Part shown: one piece after another, positions 55,601-63,937 of the stretch
How the letters are laid out: the number at the start of each line of letters is the position of its first letter
Numbering within the stretch: the stretch's first letter is position 1
Assembly: GCF_006345805.1 (NCBI RefSeq)
Contig: NC_043019.1
Location: 9,857,360-9,921,359 of the forward strand
Length of the DNA stretch: 64,000 nucleotides
Reading direction: 5' to 3'
Source of the DNA: Octopus sinensis
Taxonomy: Eukaryota
The notes under the pieces: generated by a model
The model's database searches: none
Seen by the model: the letters and a program-made list of their open reading frames with translations, nothing else
What the model was told of the DNA's origin: nothing
Position numbers and translations under genes: made by a program

Positions 55601-57883
55601 TGTCTCATTGAGTGTACTGCTGCTGCACAGATGCAGAAATTGTCTGTTTTGCAATATGACTCCAGTGAGAACTGAATCACAAGTCTGGGTTCAGTCTGCT
55701 TGATTCAGATATGCAGTTCTCAACAATTATGAAGTTCCTTCATAAACTCAACATCTTTTATTTCTAAATTTTTAAGTAATCACAGAACATTTTACTATTG
55801 GTTTGGCTGAATTGCCTATGTTTCTTCTTGTGATTTTTATTTTATCAAATCTGCTTTTTATGGTAATTCTTTAATGAATAATATTTCATTTAACTTACCA
55901 CTTTCTGGTAAAGTTCTGGTAGTGGAAATATGACACAGACTAGGCAAAGTGCATTCCAGATGCAGTTTTCCTCCTAATGTCACAATACTGTCATTTTAAG
56001 TCGAGGTATGTTTTAGCTCTTTTTATGGCAAGTAAAAGCAAAATGCCTGACTTCACAAATTAGGCACAATATCTAAGTTGATATCAGCAATGATGCAAAG
56101 TAGAATGACATTATAAAATAAATCTAACCTTTGTTCATCACTAAACTTTTCCTTCTTGCATCTTGATCTTCAGTCTAACTTGATCTGGTAATGTTTCCAT
56201 GGAACATTTATGCCACTTTGTATCATACATAGGTCCAGAAGTACCAATGTTCATGACTACTGAATATATTGTCTCACATAGACATATGGAAGCATCATTT
56301 ATCTCCTTTCATTCAGTCATCAACACAATGTTGTTTCATTGTCATGGACAGTTTTAGTGTTATAAGCTTAGCGATGGTGGAAATAGCAGCCACAGACATA
56401 GTAACTGGCTATCATACCAGCCAGTCTTACTGTGTTTGCCCCCCCCCCCCCCACCTTTTTTTTTCTCTCCTTACATTTCTTGTTTAACTCAGTTGTCACT
56501 AATTTGACAGTCTGAAAGTTGAGAGAGGTGTTTACATGACCAGTGACCTAATACACTTCATTTGAAGTTGTTTCCAGTTTGGTTTCAGATTCCTGTTTGC
56601 TTTCATTATAAGCAGCATCCAACTCATCAGTAGGGTGTTGGAATCTGATGAAGCATTGGCTGCATGTCTGTGCATAACTATCTTTAGCCATTTTTACATA
56701 GCAGACCATGTTAGTTCACCCACTATAGATTAAATTATTTGCTAATTCTGCAACAATAGATTTATATCTTCAATGCTCTGCATGCAAGTTTGGATTCCAG
56801 CAAAATTATTTTGTGGTCTCTAAGTCTTGCAAGACAAACTGGTTGGAATAGTCTGTCACTGTAATATCCTTCAGCAGCTGACCCTAACCCTAACTTTTCA
56901 AATGATTCATACACAGTAAATACTGATTGATAGGAATCCTCTAAAACAAAGTGTATCCATTTTCTGGTTGCATTCTACCATCAGCATTTAAAGTGGCGAT
57001 ATCCATTTCTAGCAGAGCCCCATTTGTTTTTTCTTTAAGCATCCTAATGTGGACAGTGGAAACTCATCTTTTAAGTAATAAACTGATTGTCAATTCCCAT
57101 ATCTGCATTTTCTTTTTGTCATGATTTTAATTTTTTGAACTTAATGAAGATGGAGTCAGTAATTTTGAAGCCTTTGTGTATCCACTAATTCTCACTCTGT
57201 TACTAGTGATGAATTACAAATAACAGCACATTCAGACATAAGAGGAACCAAAAATATTTATATATAAATATATATCATCATCATCATCGTTTAGCGTCCA
57301 CTTTCCATGCTAGCATGGGTTGGATGGGTCAACTGGGGTCTGTGAAGCTGGAAGGCTTTGTCAGGCCCAGTCAGATCTGGCAGTGTTTCTACGGCTGGAT
57401 GCCCTTCCTGACGCCAACCACTCCGCGAGTGTAGTGGGTGTTTTTTACATGCCACCTGCACAGGTGCCAGACAGAGCTGGCGAACGGCCACGAACGGATG
57501 GTGCTTTTACGTGTCACCGGCACGGGGCCAGGCGATGCTGGCAACGGACACGAACGGATGGTGCTTTTACGTGCCACCGACACAGGGCCAGACAGAGCTG
57601 GCAACCGGCCACAAACGGACGGTGCTTTTACGTGTCACCGGCACGGGGGCCAGCCGAGGCTGGCAACGGACACGAACGGATGGTGCTTTTACGTGCCACT
57701 GACACAGTTGCCAGGCAGAGCTGGCAACGGCCACAAGCGGACGGTGCTTTTACGTGTCACCGGCACGGGGGCCAGCCGAGGCTGGCAACGGACACGAACG
57801 GATGGTGCTTTTACGTGCCACCGACACAGGGCCAGACAGAGCTGGCAAACGGCCACGAACGGATGGTGCTTTTACGTGGTGCT

Positions 57884-57919
<36 letters not shown>

Positions 57920-60900
57920 ATATATCATATTGTTATGTTAATGTGTAACAAACAGCTCAACAATAAACCAATAAACATGTCCACTTACAAATCTGTTTCT
58001 TCTGCCCTAACTAATCCCTCTTCCAGTGATTGGAGATGATTGTCTCTCATTAAAGGACAAGCTATCTCTCTTCAGCTGTTAACAACCAGTACTTAACAAA
58101 ATAGCAAATGAGGGGTTCCTAAAAACAGTGGAGCAACCTTATTGAGTGGTTTATGGCAGCCCACACACAATTCCTCAACAAAAGCAAATACCTTCTCTTA
58201 GTTTATATATAGTTAGTGCGCATCTATTTAGTCACATCAATTTCATCACTTGCCCCCAGTTTTTCTACCTTAATCTTTCTCTTCAAGCAGTCATTGAAGT
58301 TGAAAGCTTGTTTTGAGAGGAAAAGCTCTGTCATCAAACCTAACCATGTAGACAATACATCTTTTTACCATCACCATCAGACAAGAAGACTAGCCACTCT
58401 TCTTTGCCAAAGAGAGGTGATAGTTTGCTCTTGATAAACTCAGCCGATAGCCAGGTATGTTCTGTGTACAGTCTTTCACCAGAAAGAAGAGAATTACATG
58501 CCCATCTCACTCGAACATGGCTAATAGTGGGCTCCATCCTTCACAAGGTATTGGCCATTCAACAGAATGTGCAAATCTTTAATCATTATTTCTAAGCATT
58601 CATGCACCCTTCTAAAGCAATGTTGACCAGCATTGCTGCTTCTTTATAGTAAGTAGGGCAGATGGTTAGTGTATATGCTGTTACCTGAATTTGAATTTTT
58701 AATACTTAAATTTGCACACCATCAGTTAGGTTTCTATTTTTGCTCGTAAATAGTGTATGCTGTCTCTCAGACTTCACCTTTTATTGGCATGTAAATCACA
58801 CATCCTGTTCCTTTTCGAAATATACACCTATAGCAGTAATATTGGCAGAGTCCCAAACACCAACCCAATATCTAGAAGCTGAACTTCAAATCATTGTGTT
58901 CATATTTCAGGGATGGATGACAGCAAGCTGCTAGCTATTCAGGTCTCTGATAAACACATTAAGAACTTGTTTTTTTTATCAGTATCTGGCCTGGTCATTG
59001 CAATGCAGCAGACTCAACAAGCACTTAACTCATTAGTAACTCATTAGTAACCCAGCTGTTGTAAACAATGGAAACATTTTGGAAATAAATAACATGTCAA
59101 AATGTCATGAATGATTTTATCTTTTGTGCCTTTTCTTTGACAGGTCATTAGATATGAATAAATTGTTTGTCTGGTAACTGACCAGTGGCCATAACAAAGC
59201 TAAAGCCAATTGCACCACTCCCTTTGGCTATGAAATTCAATGGTTTCTATGCTCCACTAACATGGCTGACACACATCTTGCATGGACACACACAAACTGA
59301 TTCACTAGGTATATTTCTTTTCTGTATCATCATCACAATGACACTTTATTTCAGTAATGAATAGTTTTGTATTTGCACTTCACACAGACTTTTGTTGTTC
59401 TGTCAACCAACCAAATATGTTTTATTACACATTGTTCAAATCTTTGATCAGAAATCAGTTCAATGAGCACCAACTTGGATCTAAGTAACAAGTATACCAA
59501 AATATAACAAAGCTAAGCACATATTAGACTGGGGTTAAAGCAACACATGTAGACTATCACATGATACCATGCTCCAAATGATAGATCAATGCATGATTGA
59601 GCCAAGTGTACAGTATGGTTTTTCAACTACCCAGGGATACACTGAGTCTCAAGTATTACATCTGGAGATCACACAGCAGTCTCACTGCTACACACCATGC
59701 TAAAGGTCTGCCAGACCAGACCTGAACTTGAGCTGAAGAAGGTTGATGAAAGTCAAAAATCCCCAAGGAAAATTTTAAAATATTTTCAATATAAGCCCCA
59801 CCCTTTACAAGACAGAATAAGGATTATGTCTTGAGGTATTATTAGCAAGTGATGTGAAATGGCTACAGCTAAGAATAAATATCACATAGATATGGTTCAG
59901 TGAGAACTCATTTCCTTGTTACTGAATCACTCTGGCCAACAGGTTGTGGGGGGAAGAGAGAAAAAGTGAAAGTCAGAAAACACAAGCAGATGCAAGTATT
60001 TATGAAACTAGAAAATCATGATTGAAAATATTTACCTGGCACTTTCCTTCCATTCAATGGCTTCTCCTTCTCTGTGTAGAACATCCATTTCACAGAAAAT
60101 ATGGTGAGCTTGATGATCTTCATCATTGACATTGTGCATCAATTGCTGGATTACCTCAGAAACATTATCTTAAAGTAAGACAAGGGAAACAGAAAATTAT
60201 AAGTGGGATGGTGAATGATGAGTAAAGTATCCTGAACTGGAAACCTAGTTGAAATAATTGCAACAAAGTGTGCTTAGCAAAATATGCACTCAAGGGCCAG
60301 GTGGTAGTAGTATTAAACCAAGTAATGACAGGATTTTAACTCAGAACTGGAACAAATAGGGCAAAGTGCAAGGCATTCTATCTAAGATATTCATAATTCT
60401 ACCAATCCACAACCTTAGACCAGGCAGGATCAAGCTAGATCCCTGTAAAAATTAACACTTCCTTTTTCCGAGCTGAGATTCGAAACCGAATCTAAGGATC
60501 CTCACTTGTCTGACACACCACTGGCCAAACAGGCGTGAAAGACATTTTTTTATCTTGTCAAAATGTGATGGATGGATTTCGCTTCGACCTCCGATATGAG
60601 CTGTGTCATTTAAAGTTCAAGTGGACAGGAGGCGAAATTACTCCTGTGGTATGTCTGTCCTTCTAGCTGGGAGGACCATAATAAATACAGTCAGACACAT
60701 GACAGATAGCCATCAACTGGCAAACAGTTAAGAGATTGGAGACAACCAGCAAGAGGCAACCGGTCAACAGCCAGCAGTTAACTTGTACCAGTCAAACAGC
60801 CAACACAGAACCACATATTCAGCATGAACGACTCAACACAGTTGCAGTCGCAGGGCATAAACAAACATGGGCAATAAACTGTGCTTGCACAGACCTGTTG

Positions 60901-61263
60901 AGGCAAGTGAAATTGTTGCCATGGCTGATGACAGAACCACTTGATGGCCACCCATGCCCATGGCACATAAAAAGCACCATTCGAGCATGTTCATTGCCAG
61001 TGCCGTCTGACTGGCTCCTGTGCTGGTGGCACATAAAAAACAACATTCAAGCGTAGTTGTTGCCAGTGCCACCTAACTGACTCCTGTGCCGGTGGCACGT
61101 AAAAAGCACCCACTACACTCTTGGAGTGGCTGGTGTTAGGAAGAGCATCCTGTTTTAGAAACCCTGCCAGATCAGATTGGAGCATGGTGCAGCATTCTCC
61201 CTCACCAGCCATCAGTCAAACAGTCCAAGCCATGCCAGCATGGAAAGCAGACATTAAATTATG

Positions 61264-61324
<61 letters not shown>

Positions 61325-63937
61325 ACATATATATAAATATATCTATATAAATGTATGTGTGTTTTTTTCAGAGAAAATAAATAAACAAGTTGCCAGGGTT
61401 GCAAAGATTCATACAAGTAACAAGGATGTAGCAGCCTGTTTATAAAGGTAGAAACTCCAGATTTAGGTGAAAATGTTTTGTATAATATGGATAAATAAAT
61501 AAATGGAGTTAAACACAGGTGTTATTCAAATTCTTTTACTTCAAACATATGTTTTGAAGACAACATTGGTATTATTCCAGAAGGAGTAAAATGGTATAAA
61601 ACAATGCAATCTTCTGATCAGGGAAAGAAAAAAACCAAACATATCGATAAGACATTTTAACAGAATGTGATGATTGCATATATGATGAAAGGAGTACTAT
61701 CAAGTTTTTTTTAAAAACTGTTAGTAGATATAACATCAAAGAAAGAAATTAGTAGAAAACTAATAGTGGAGAGATATAGAGTGATAGGTGAATCAGAATA
61801 AAGCTTAAAGGAATGGAAGTAGATATATTCAGTGGAAGAGCAATATAAGAAGACAGTCAAAGGTGGAATTTTATAGAATGGTAGAAATCACTTATAGGAA
61901 CTAAAGGTCTGTTTCTGTCAATATTTGCAATGATAAACATGTTCTATAAACGTGTTTACAAGAGGATTCTTTGAGAATAGGATAAAAAACATTCCACTAT
62001 TCCAAAGCGAGCAAAAAGATTTACCTTTTTCATAAGATAAAGAAATAAGAGAATATTCCATAGATACCAGATTAATTTACTAAGCTCAATATTGTTACGT
62101 TTATTGATCTGCCTAAACGTAGAGTAATGATTAAATATTCTTTTGGACAACTGAGATTGAGAAGTACTTATATAAAAAAAGGACATCGGAATCAGAAGTA
62201 ATTTTACATTGATATATAGAGTTTCTAGCCTTAGAATTACTGCTAAGAAAATGAATACGATTGGAATTGACTTCAGAAATGATAACCCTGCTGTTATTAT
62301 TATTTAATGAATGGTTAGTGTTAACAAAATTTATATATATACACACATGCACATCCCTACCAACACATTGTCTGTTTCTCATCTTTCCTCGGTGCATTGT
62401 ATGATTATTATTTCACTGCACCACATCCTGGTCTGCACTGCCAGTCATGAACTGCTCTCCTCAACTAATATATTTCGTTGACCACCCCTGCCCACAGGGC
62501 ATCTCATCAGCAACCCTAACCCAGTTTCTGTAATCATCACTTTTTCTTTCTTCCTTGCTATTTAACATATTTATTGTCCTTCATCACTTGTTCATTATAT
62601 TCAGTTCTTCAACATCCATTTCCCTTCCCCCTGACCATTCCCCATTCACTCTATACATTATTGCATTCCCTCCTCATTCCCTCTTGTTCCTTACTGACTC
62701 ACCTCTACCCACCACTTCCCTTTGGGTCCATCCTGAGACCTCATCACCACTATTTTATCTCTCTTTGCAGCTCTGCTCTTGTTATTCTTACCTTCTTTTC
62801 CATGTTATGAGTAATTATGTACTCCCTCTACAGCAAGAAACCTGTTCCAATCTGACCACTTCTTTCATGTTTCTCTGCAAGTAGAGATCCACCCAATCGC
62901 TCTGCTGTAACATCATCTAGTCAAATGTATCAGTCTTGCAAGCTGCATGGTAATGTCACAAGTGCTGGTGTCATGAACAAAGTACCCTGTACACTCTTAA
63001 GTGGTTGGCACTAGAAAAGGCATCGACCATAGAAAGAGGTACTGGAACATGATGCAGTCCTCAGACACATCAGATCCTGCCCAACCCAGGCCATTCCAAC
63101 ATCTTAAATGTAACAAGAACCAAAAAAAAAAAACAATATCTGTCTTTATTTGCCCAGACTGAGAAATCATCATCACACTTTGTGAGCATATGTTTGCTCA
63201 ATCTGGCCAAACAATGGGCTAAACTACAACAATTCAAAATACAAGCCAAACCATGAATGGTTCTTCTTGTGGGCATCCAATCTGCAAGATTTCAAAATAC
63301 AAGTGGGACATATTGGGTAAACTGATAAAAACCAGCATCTCACTAATATCAGAGATTTTTTCGCCTTCATCTCTCTATTGTTTCTAGCATGGTATAAGGC
63401 TTGAAAATATAATTGACAGAGTATAAAATCATCCTAATGATATTTTATGTGGCACTCTGTCTACCCACTTTCCAATTCAAACTCCCCCCCCCCCCATTAG
63501 AAACACCACTCTAAAGTATACTAAGGCTAGGATCACAGTCATTTTGAGGTTGAATAACAAAAGCATATAACAAAAAGGAGCCGTTATGTAGGTGCTCAAC
63601 CTGTGATAAACAGCACCATAATACTCTATAAATCATATTACATCACCTTGGAAAAGAGAAGATGCATTATATAGGGTAGTCAAAGAAAAACAGGATAAAC
63701 ATGGTGGCAAAGCTTTTCATCATACATCAGCACTCATTAAGGAGAATTGAGTTGAATGACAATATGCAACAATCTCATATATTTATAGTGGTGTGTGTGT
63801 GTGTTTTGTAAGGCTAAAATCCTTACTCCAGAGAGAATGAGAATTATGGAGAAAAGGTTTATCATTTGACTTACCGCTCACTTTGTAAGGAGGATTTTCA
63901 CCCAGGTAAAGATCAGAATTAGAAACAGGTATACTAT
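1570..63937 (-). CDS. SLC4: Partial multi-exon gene (12 exons in window): Na+-coupled bicarbonate transporter, SLC4 family (NBCe/NDCBE-like)
   Basis: Spliced translation has SLC4 hallmarks: [120 protein letters not shown]. All junctions are GT-AG and phase-compatible. Confidence 0.96.
1878..2050 (-). mobile_element. SINE family B, degenerate copy
   Basis: Reverse complement resembles 31481-31711. Confidence 0.7.
2060..3290 (-). mobile_element. Degenerate LINE 5' part (ORF1 remnant plus APE endonuclease), CR1/L2-like
   Basis: ORF 2044-2520 reads IALMETHL...[18 protein letters not shown]...YHPP...REFNFP, an APE-type endonuclease. Confidence 0.75.
3283..3640 (+). repeat. GA-rich polypurine degenerate microsatellite
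   Basis: Near-pure A/G run; produces spurious S/L/F ORFs. Confidence 0.9.
4543..4946 (-). mobile_element. Full-length tRNA-derived SINE family A with internal (TA/TG) microsatellite
   Basis: Reverse complement starts GGCGCAGGAGTGGCTGTGTGGTAAG...GGTTCCGGGTTCAATCCC (A/B boxes) and ends GACTGAAACAAGTAAAAGAG; further copies at 9330 and 11651. Confidence 0.9.
5271..5727 (-). CDS. SLC4: SLC4 exon, TM4-TM6 including the Cys-containing glycosylated extracellular loop 3
   Basis: [16 protein letters not shown]...[12 protein letters not shown]...CSC...C...C...[10 protein letters not shown]; acceptor ttttactctag, donor ATT|gtgagt. Confidence 0.97.
5775..6950 (-). mobile_element. Cluster of degenerate SINEs (family B ~5775-5940, family A ~5970-6310, family B ~6745-6950)
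   Basis: Similarity to the intact copies in this window. Confidence 0.65.
7355..7576. repeat. Near-perfect palindrome (~110-bp arms, 4-nt loop AACA at 7464-7467)
   Basis: ttaagggcattactatacataaatgcctcatgctaag...gtaccg-aaca-cggtac...cttagcatgaggcatttatgtatagtaatgctcttaa. Confidence 0.92.
7808..8878 (+). mobile_element. 5'-truncated CR1-like LINE (RT C-terminus) with (ATT)n tail
   Basis: [39 protein letters not shown]...[14 protein letters not shown]; frame open to the stop at 8796. Confidence 0.93.
9330..9732 (-). mobile_element. SINE family A
   Basis: Colinear with 4543-4946. Confidence 0.88.
10665..10870 (+). mobile_element. SINE family A 5' half (inverted duplicate of ~4985-5235)
   Basis: Shares variants and flanking sequence with 4985-5235. 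Confidence 0.75.
10960..11340 (+). mobile_element. Degenerate RTE LINE 3' end
   Basis: [15 protein letters not shown] resembles [14 protein letters not shown] of the RTE copies; tail ttaggaagggcatccagctgt. Confidence 0.7.
11651..12025 (+). mobile_element. Full-length SINE family A
   Basis: GGCACAGGAGTGGCTGTGTGGTAAG...GGTTCCGGGTTCAGTCCC...CAGCATGGCCGCAGTCAAATGACTGAAACAAGTAAAA. Confidence 0.9.
12082..12215 (-). CDS. SLC4: SLC4 exon, TM2-3 ([44 protein letters not shown])
   Basis: GQPLxILGSTGP motif; follows a 113-nt intron; donor CA|gtaagt. Confidence 0.96.
12329..12503 (-). CDS. SLC4: SLC4 exon, TM1 ([58 protein letters not shown])
   Basis: Conserved motif; acceptor tttgtag, donor ATG|gtattt. 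Confidence 0.96.
12615..13420 (-). mobile_element. Degenerate LINE endonuclease fragment (same family as 2060-3290)
   Basis: ININGL...[21 protein letters not shown]; VGDFNLP encoded near 12975-13000. Confidence 0.7.
13683..13865 (-). mobile_element. RTE 3'-tail solo copy embedded in (TA)n
   Basis: catcatcatcgtttagcgtccgctttccatgctagc, identical in type to the RTE 3' ends. Confidence 0.8.
14139..14742 (+). mobile_element. CR1-like LINE 3' fragment whose tail is shared with SINE family A
   Basis: [13 protein letters not shown]...[13 protein letters not shown]...GPQLFNKLP...IPDEP; tail gcggtgccccagcatggcc..gctgaaacaagtaaaagag. Confidence 0.85.
14745..16610. repeat. ~1.9-kb (TA)n/(TATACA)n microsatellite
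   Basis: Direct inspection. Confidence 0.97.
16611..19810 (-). mobile_element. RTE-clade LINE, 5'-truncated and frameshifted, with tandemly expanded 3'UTR and (GAT)n tail
   Basis: [40 protein letters not shown]; 58-nt and ~33-nt UTR repeats at 16770-18200. Confidence 0.92.
19875..20765. mobile_element. (TA)n-flanked non-coding element, probably Penelope-derived, with a hammerhead near its right end
   Basis: Unique ~0.9-kb block between (TA)n tracts; hammerhead at 20686-20736. Confidence 0.55.
20686..20736 (+). ncRNA. Minimal type-I hammerhead ribozyme, core intact
   Basis: GCAAAACUGU-CUGAUGA-A-CG-GCAA-CG-A-GAAA-CUCAGAG-UA/ACAGAUUUUGU. Confidence 0.75.
20766..22304. repeat. ~1.5-kb (TA)n-type microsatellite
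   Basis: Direct inspection. Confidence 0.97.
22305..23728 (-). mobile_element. RTE LINE with internal deletion (3'UTR joined to RT N-half near 22830)
   Basis: ORF 22471-23559 has [39 protein letters not shown] and then runs into the UTR repeats. Confidence 0.9.
23866..23933 (+). ncRNA. Degenerate type-I hammerhead in a (TA)n-flanked Penelope-like remnant (~23768-24162)
   Basis: UUACCA..UAUCA-CUGACAA-AGG..GGUUC-UUAC-GAACU..CCU-GAAA-UCA-GUC/CGAUAUGGUAA. Confidence 0.6.
24520..27667 (-). mobile_element. RTE LINE copy nearly identical to 16611-19810, with expanded 3'UTR arrays
   Basis: 26815-27667 aligns by eye to 18257-19108; same UTR repeat architecture. Confidence 0.9.
27688..27871 (+). mobile_element. 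RTE 3'-tail solo copy
   Basis: ...gcatggaaagcggacgttaaacgatgatgatg. Confidence 0.8.
28548..28639 (-). CDS. SLC4: SLC4 exon ([31 protein letters not shown])
   Basis: Linker ending DPxLxRxGR before the TM domain; acceptor gcacag, donor AG|gtgagt, phase 0/2. Confidence 0.92.
28684..29132 (-). mobile_element. Two tandem SINE family B copies separated by (AAT)n
   Basis: Each contains aaaggatgaa(a/g)ggcaaa..gaatttgaactcagaatgtagcaacag. Confidence 0.8.
29160..31104 (+). mobile_element. R4/Dong-like non-LTR retrotransposon (RT, CCHC knuckle, restriction-like endonuclease), 5'-truncated, inserted in (AAT)n
   Basis: [29 protein letters not shown]...[28 protein letters not shown]; stop at 30391, frameshift near 30630, poly-A end. 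Confidence 0.92.
31120..31318 (-). mobile_element. SINE family B
   Basis: Reverse complement resembles 31481-31711. Confidence 0.75.
31480..31711 (+). mobile_element. Well-preserved SINE family B with an 18-bp target-site duplication
   Basis: GGCGGCGAGCTGGCAGAA..GA(T)TTCAAATTCC boxes; TSD ggtatactagacttcgta (31462-31479) / ggtatactggacttcata (31712-31729). Confidence 0.88.
32400..35115 (+). mobile_element. Old, heavily decayed R4/Dong-like non-LTR element
   Basis: [50 protein letters not shown]; many stops; left boundary uncertain. Confidence 0.8.
35183..35329 (-). CDS. SLC4: SLC4 exon ([49 protein letters not shown])
   Basis: VLPPGxWDP-x-IRIEPP motif; acceptor ttgtag, donor CAG|gtatg. Confidence 0.96.
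36007..36485 (+). repeat. Direct repeat (36007-36145 / 36358-36485, period ~350 nt) enclosing a hammerhead
   Basis: ggtgtcttc(t/a)tggggttaaaaacaaca(a/g)taacacc(g/a)tcctc..taggaccacca..tttatgattc..ttatctctc occurs twice. Confidence 0.88.
36248..36294 (+). ncRNA. Minimal type-I hammerhead ribozyme, core intact
   Basis: ACACACA-CUGAAGA-UGGGU-AGUC-ACUCA-GAAA-C-CUGG-GUU/UGUGUGU: 7-bp stem I, 5-bp stem II, minimal stem III. Confidence 0.8.
37315..37563. repeat. Inverted repeat / MITE-like hairpin with ~65-bp arms
   Basis: atgtgagataatatttggcaaatat..cttcaaagtaggcattgtttattta pairs with taaataaacaatgcctgctttgaag..atatttgccaaatattatctcacat. Confidence 0.85.
37800..38155 (+). repeat. Degenerate ~30-bp minisatellite (gtaggacatgatgaggctgacag..)
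   Basis: Repeating VGHDEADxxGV units in ORF 37796-38257. Confidence 0.8.
38270..39271 (-). mobile_element. Mariner/Tc1 transposase relic
   Basis: [12 protein letters not shown] (WVPHxL motif), [14 protein letters not shown]...KLMASVFWD...TINGEY. Confidence 0.88.
39430..40242 (-). mobile_element. Rearranged RTE fragment (tail and RT on minus 39430-39975; RT on plus ~40015-40242)
   Basis: Both parts match the RT of 22830-23230, in opposite orientations. Confidence 0.8.
40335..40637 (+). mobile_element. RTE 3'UTR/tail solo copy
   Basis: gtggcacgtaaaa repeats and (GAT)n tail. Confidence 0.8.
40828..41073 (-). CDS. SLC4: SLC4 exon ([22 protein letters not shown]...[15 protein letters not shown]...[13 protein letters not shown])
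   Basis: Conserved band-3 cytoplasmic-domain sequence; acceptor attttag, donor GAG|gtact, phase 0/0. Confidence 0.96.
41960..42560 (-). mobile_element. Possible Penelope-like 3' remnant
   Basis: [10 protein letters not shown] resembles the C-terminal CxLC motif of PLE GIY-YIG proteins; weak. Confidence 0.35.
42930..43322 (-). mobile_element. RTE 3'UTR/tail solo copy
   Basis: catcatcatcgtttaacgtcc...gctggatgcccttcctaatgccaaccactcc. Confidence 0.8.
45127..47404. mobile_element. Putative non-autonomous hAT-like DNA transposon with nested retroelements
   Basis: Ends CAGGGCTGTCG / CAACGGTCCTG with subterminal gggggcc motifs; imperfect 8-bp flanks ggtaaaca / ggtcaatg. Confidence 0.5.
45740..46518 (+). 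mobile_element. RTE LINE 3' end with UTR and (GAT)n tail
   Basis: [34 protein letters not shown]; tail at 46490-46518. Confidence 0.88.
48690..48950 (+). repeat. Old interspersed repeat, inverted homologue of 60444-60690
   Basis: cagctagaaagacagacatac, cctgtccagttgaactt, gattcggtttcgaatct and ggaagtgttaatt all recur reverse-complemented and in order. Confidence 0.75.
49649..49761 (-). CDS. SLC4: SLC4 exon ([37 protein letters not shown]), Ser-rich loop
   Basis: Acceptor ttgttgcag, donor AAA|gtaag; phase 1/0 bridges the neighbouring exons. Confidence 0.85.
49820..50293 (+). mobile_element. RTE 3'UTR/tail solo copy
   Basis: ~60-nt repeats with ggcacgtaaaaagcac; GAT tail. Confidence 0.8.
51955..52160 (-). 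mobile_element. SINE family B, ~45 nt downstream of an exon donor
   Basis: gaccccgaaaggatgaaagacaaagtcaacc motif. Confidence 0.78.
52203..52367 (-). CDS. SLC4: SLC4 exon ([55 protein letters not shown])
   Basis: Matches the LLKRHHH..VRSFAD region of SLC4 proteins; acceptor ttctttag, donor C|gtttgt, phase 1/1. Confidence 0.85.
53780..54290. repeat. Compound inverted plus direct repeat
   Basis: 53780-53906 pairs with 54130-54250; 53911-53983 is repeated directly at 54213-54286. Confidence 0.8.
54592..54752 (-). CDS. SLC4: SLC4 exon ([53 protein letters not shown])
   Basis: Highly conserved SLC4 motif; acceptor attttaag, donor G|gtaag. Confidence 0.96.
55430..57170 (-). mobile_element. Decayed Copia-like LTR retrotransposon pol relic
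   Basis: [17 protein letters not shown]...[13 protein letters not shown] resembles the Copia RNase H C-terminus; right boundary uncertain. Confidence 0.6.
57276..57882 (-). mobile_element. RTE 3'-tail copy with a ~58-60-nt tandem array
   Basis: About 7 units of gctggcaacggccacgaacggatggtgcttttacgtg(c/t)caccg. Confidence 0.85.
60036..60168 (-). CDS. SLC4: SLC4 exon ([44 protein letters not shown])
   Basis: Acceptor ttactttaag, donor AG|gtaaa; the F-x-E-M-D-x-L and EWKESAR motifs are typical of the SLC4 N-terminal domain. Confidence 0.93.
60444..60690 (-). repeat. Old interspersed repeat, homologue of 48690-48950
   Basis: See the partner copy. Confidence 0.75.
60870..61265 (+). mobile_element. 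RTE 3'UTR/tail solo copy
   Basis: agacctgttgaggcaagtgaa...aaaagcacccactacactc...gcatggaaagcagacattaaa. Confidence 0.8.
61360..62335 (-). mobile_element. Penelope-like element 3' part (GIY-YIG endonuclease relic plus terminal region)
   Basis: [53 protein letters not shown] fits the PLE GIY-YIG pattern (YIG...RxxNHxxSF...ELSKxIW). Confidence 0.8.
61538..61627 (-). ncRNA. Degenerate hammerhead downstream of the Penelope GIY-YIG
   Basis: Reverse complement: CUUUCC-CUGAUCA-GAAGA..CAUUG...CAAUG..UCUUC-AAAA-CAUAU-GUU/UGAAG; palindromic stem III, two core substitutions. Confidence 0.5.
63875..63937 (-). CDS. SLC4: SLC4 candidate N-terminal 63-nt exon ([21 protein letters not shown])
   Basis: Acceptor tttctatttatag, donor G|gtaagt, open frame, phase 1/1 matches the next exon; no conserved motif. 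Confidence 0.6.

Noticed and set aside
57950-59750. Possible decayed LTR (BEL/Gypsy) integrase region
   Set aside because: Only vague fragments with no diagnostic motif readable; needs a translated HMM search.
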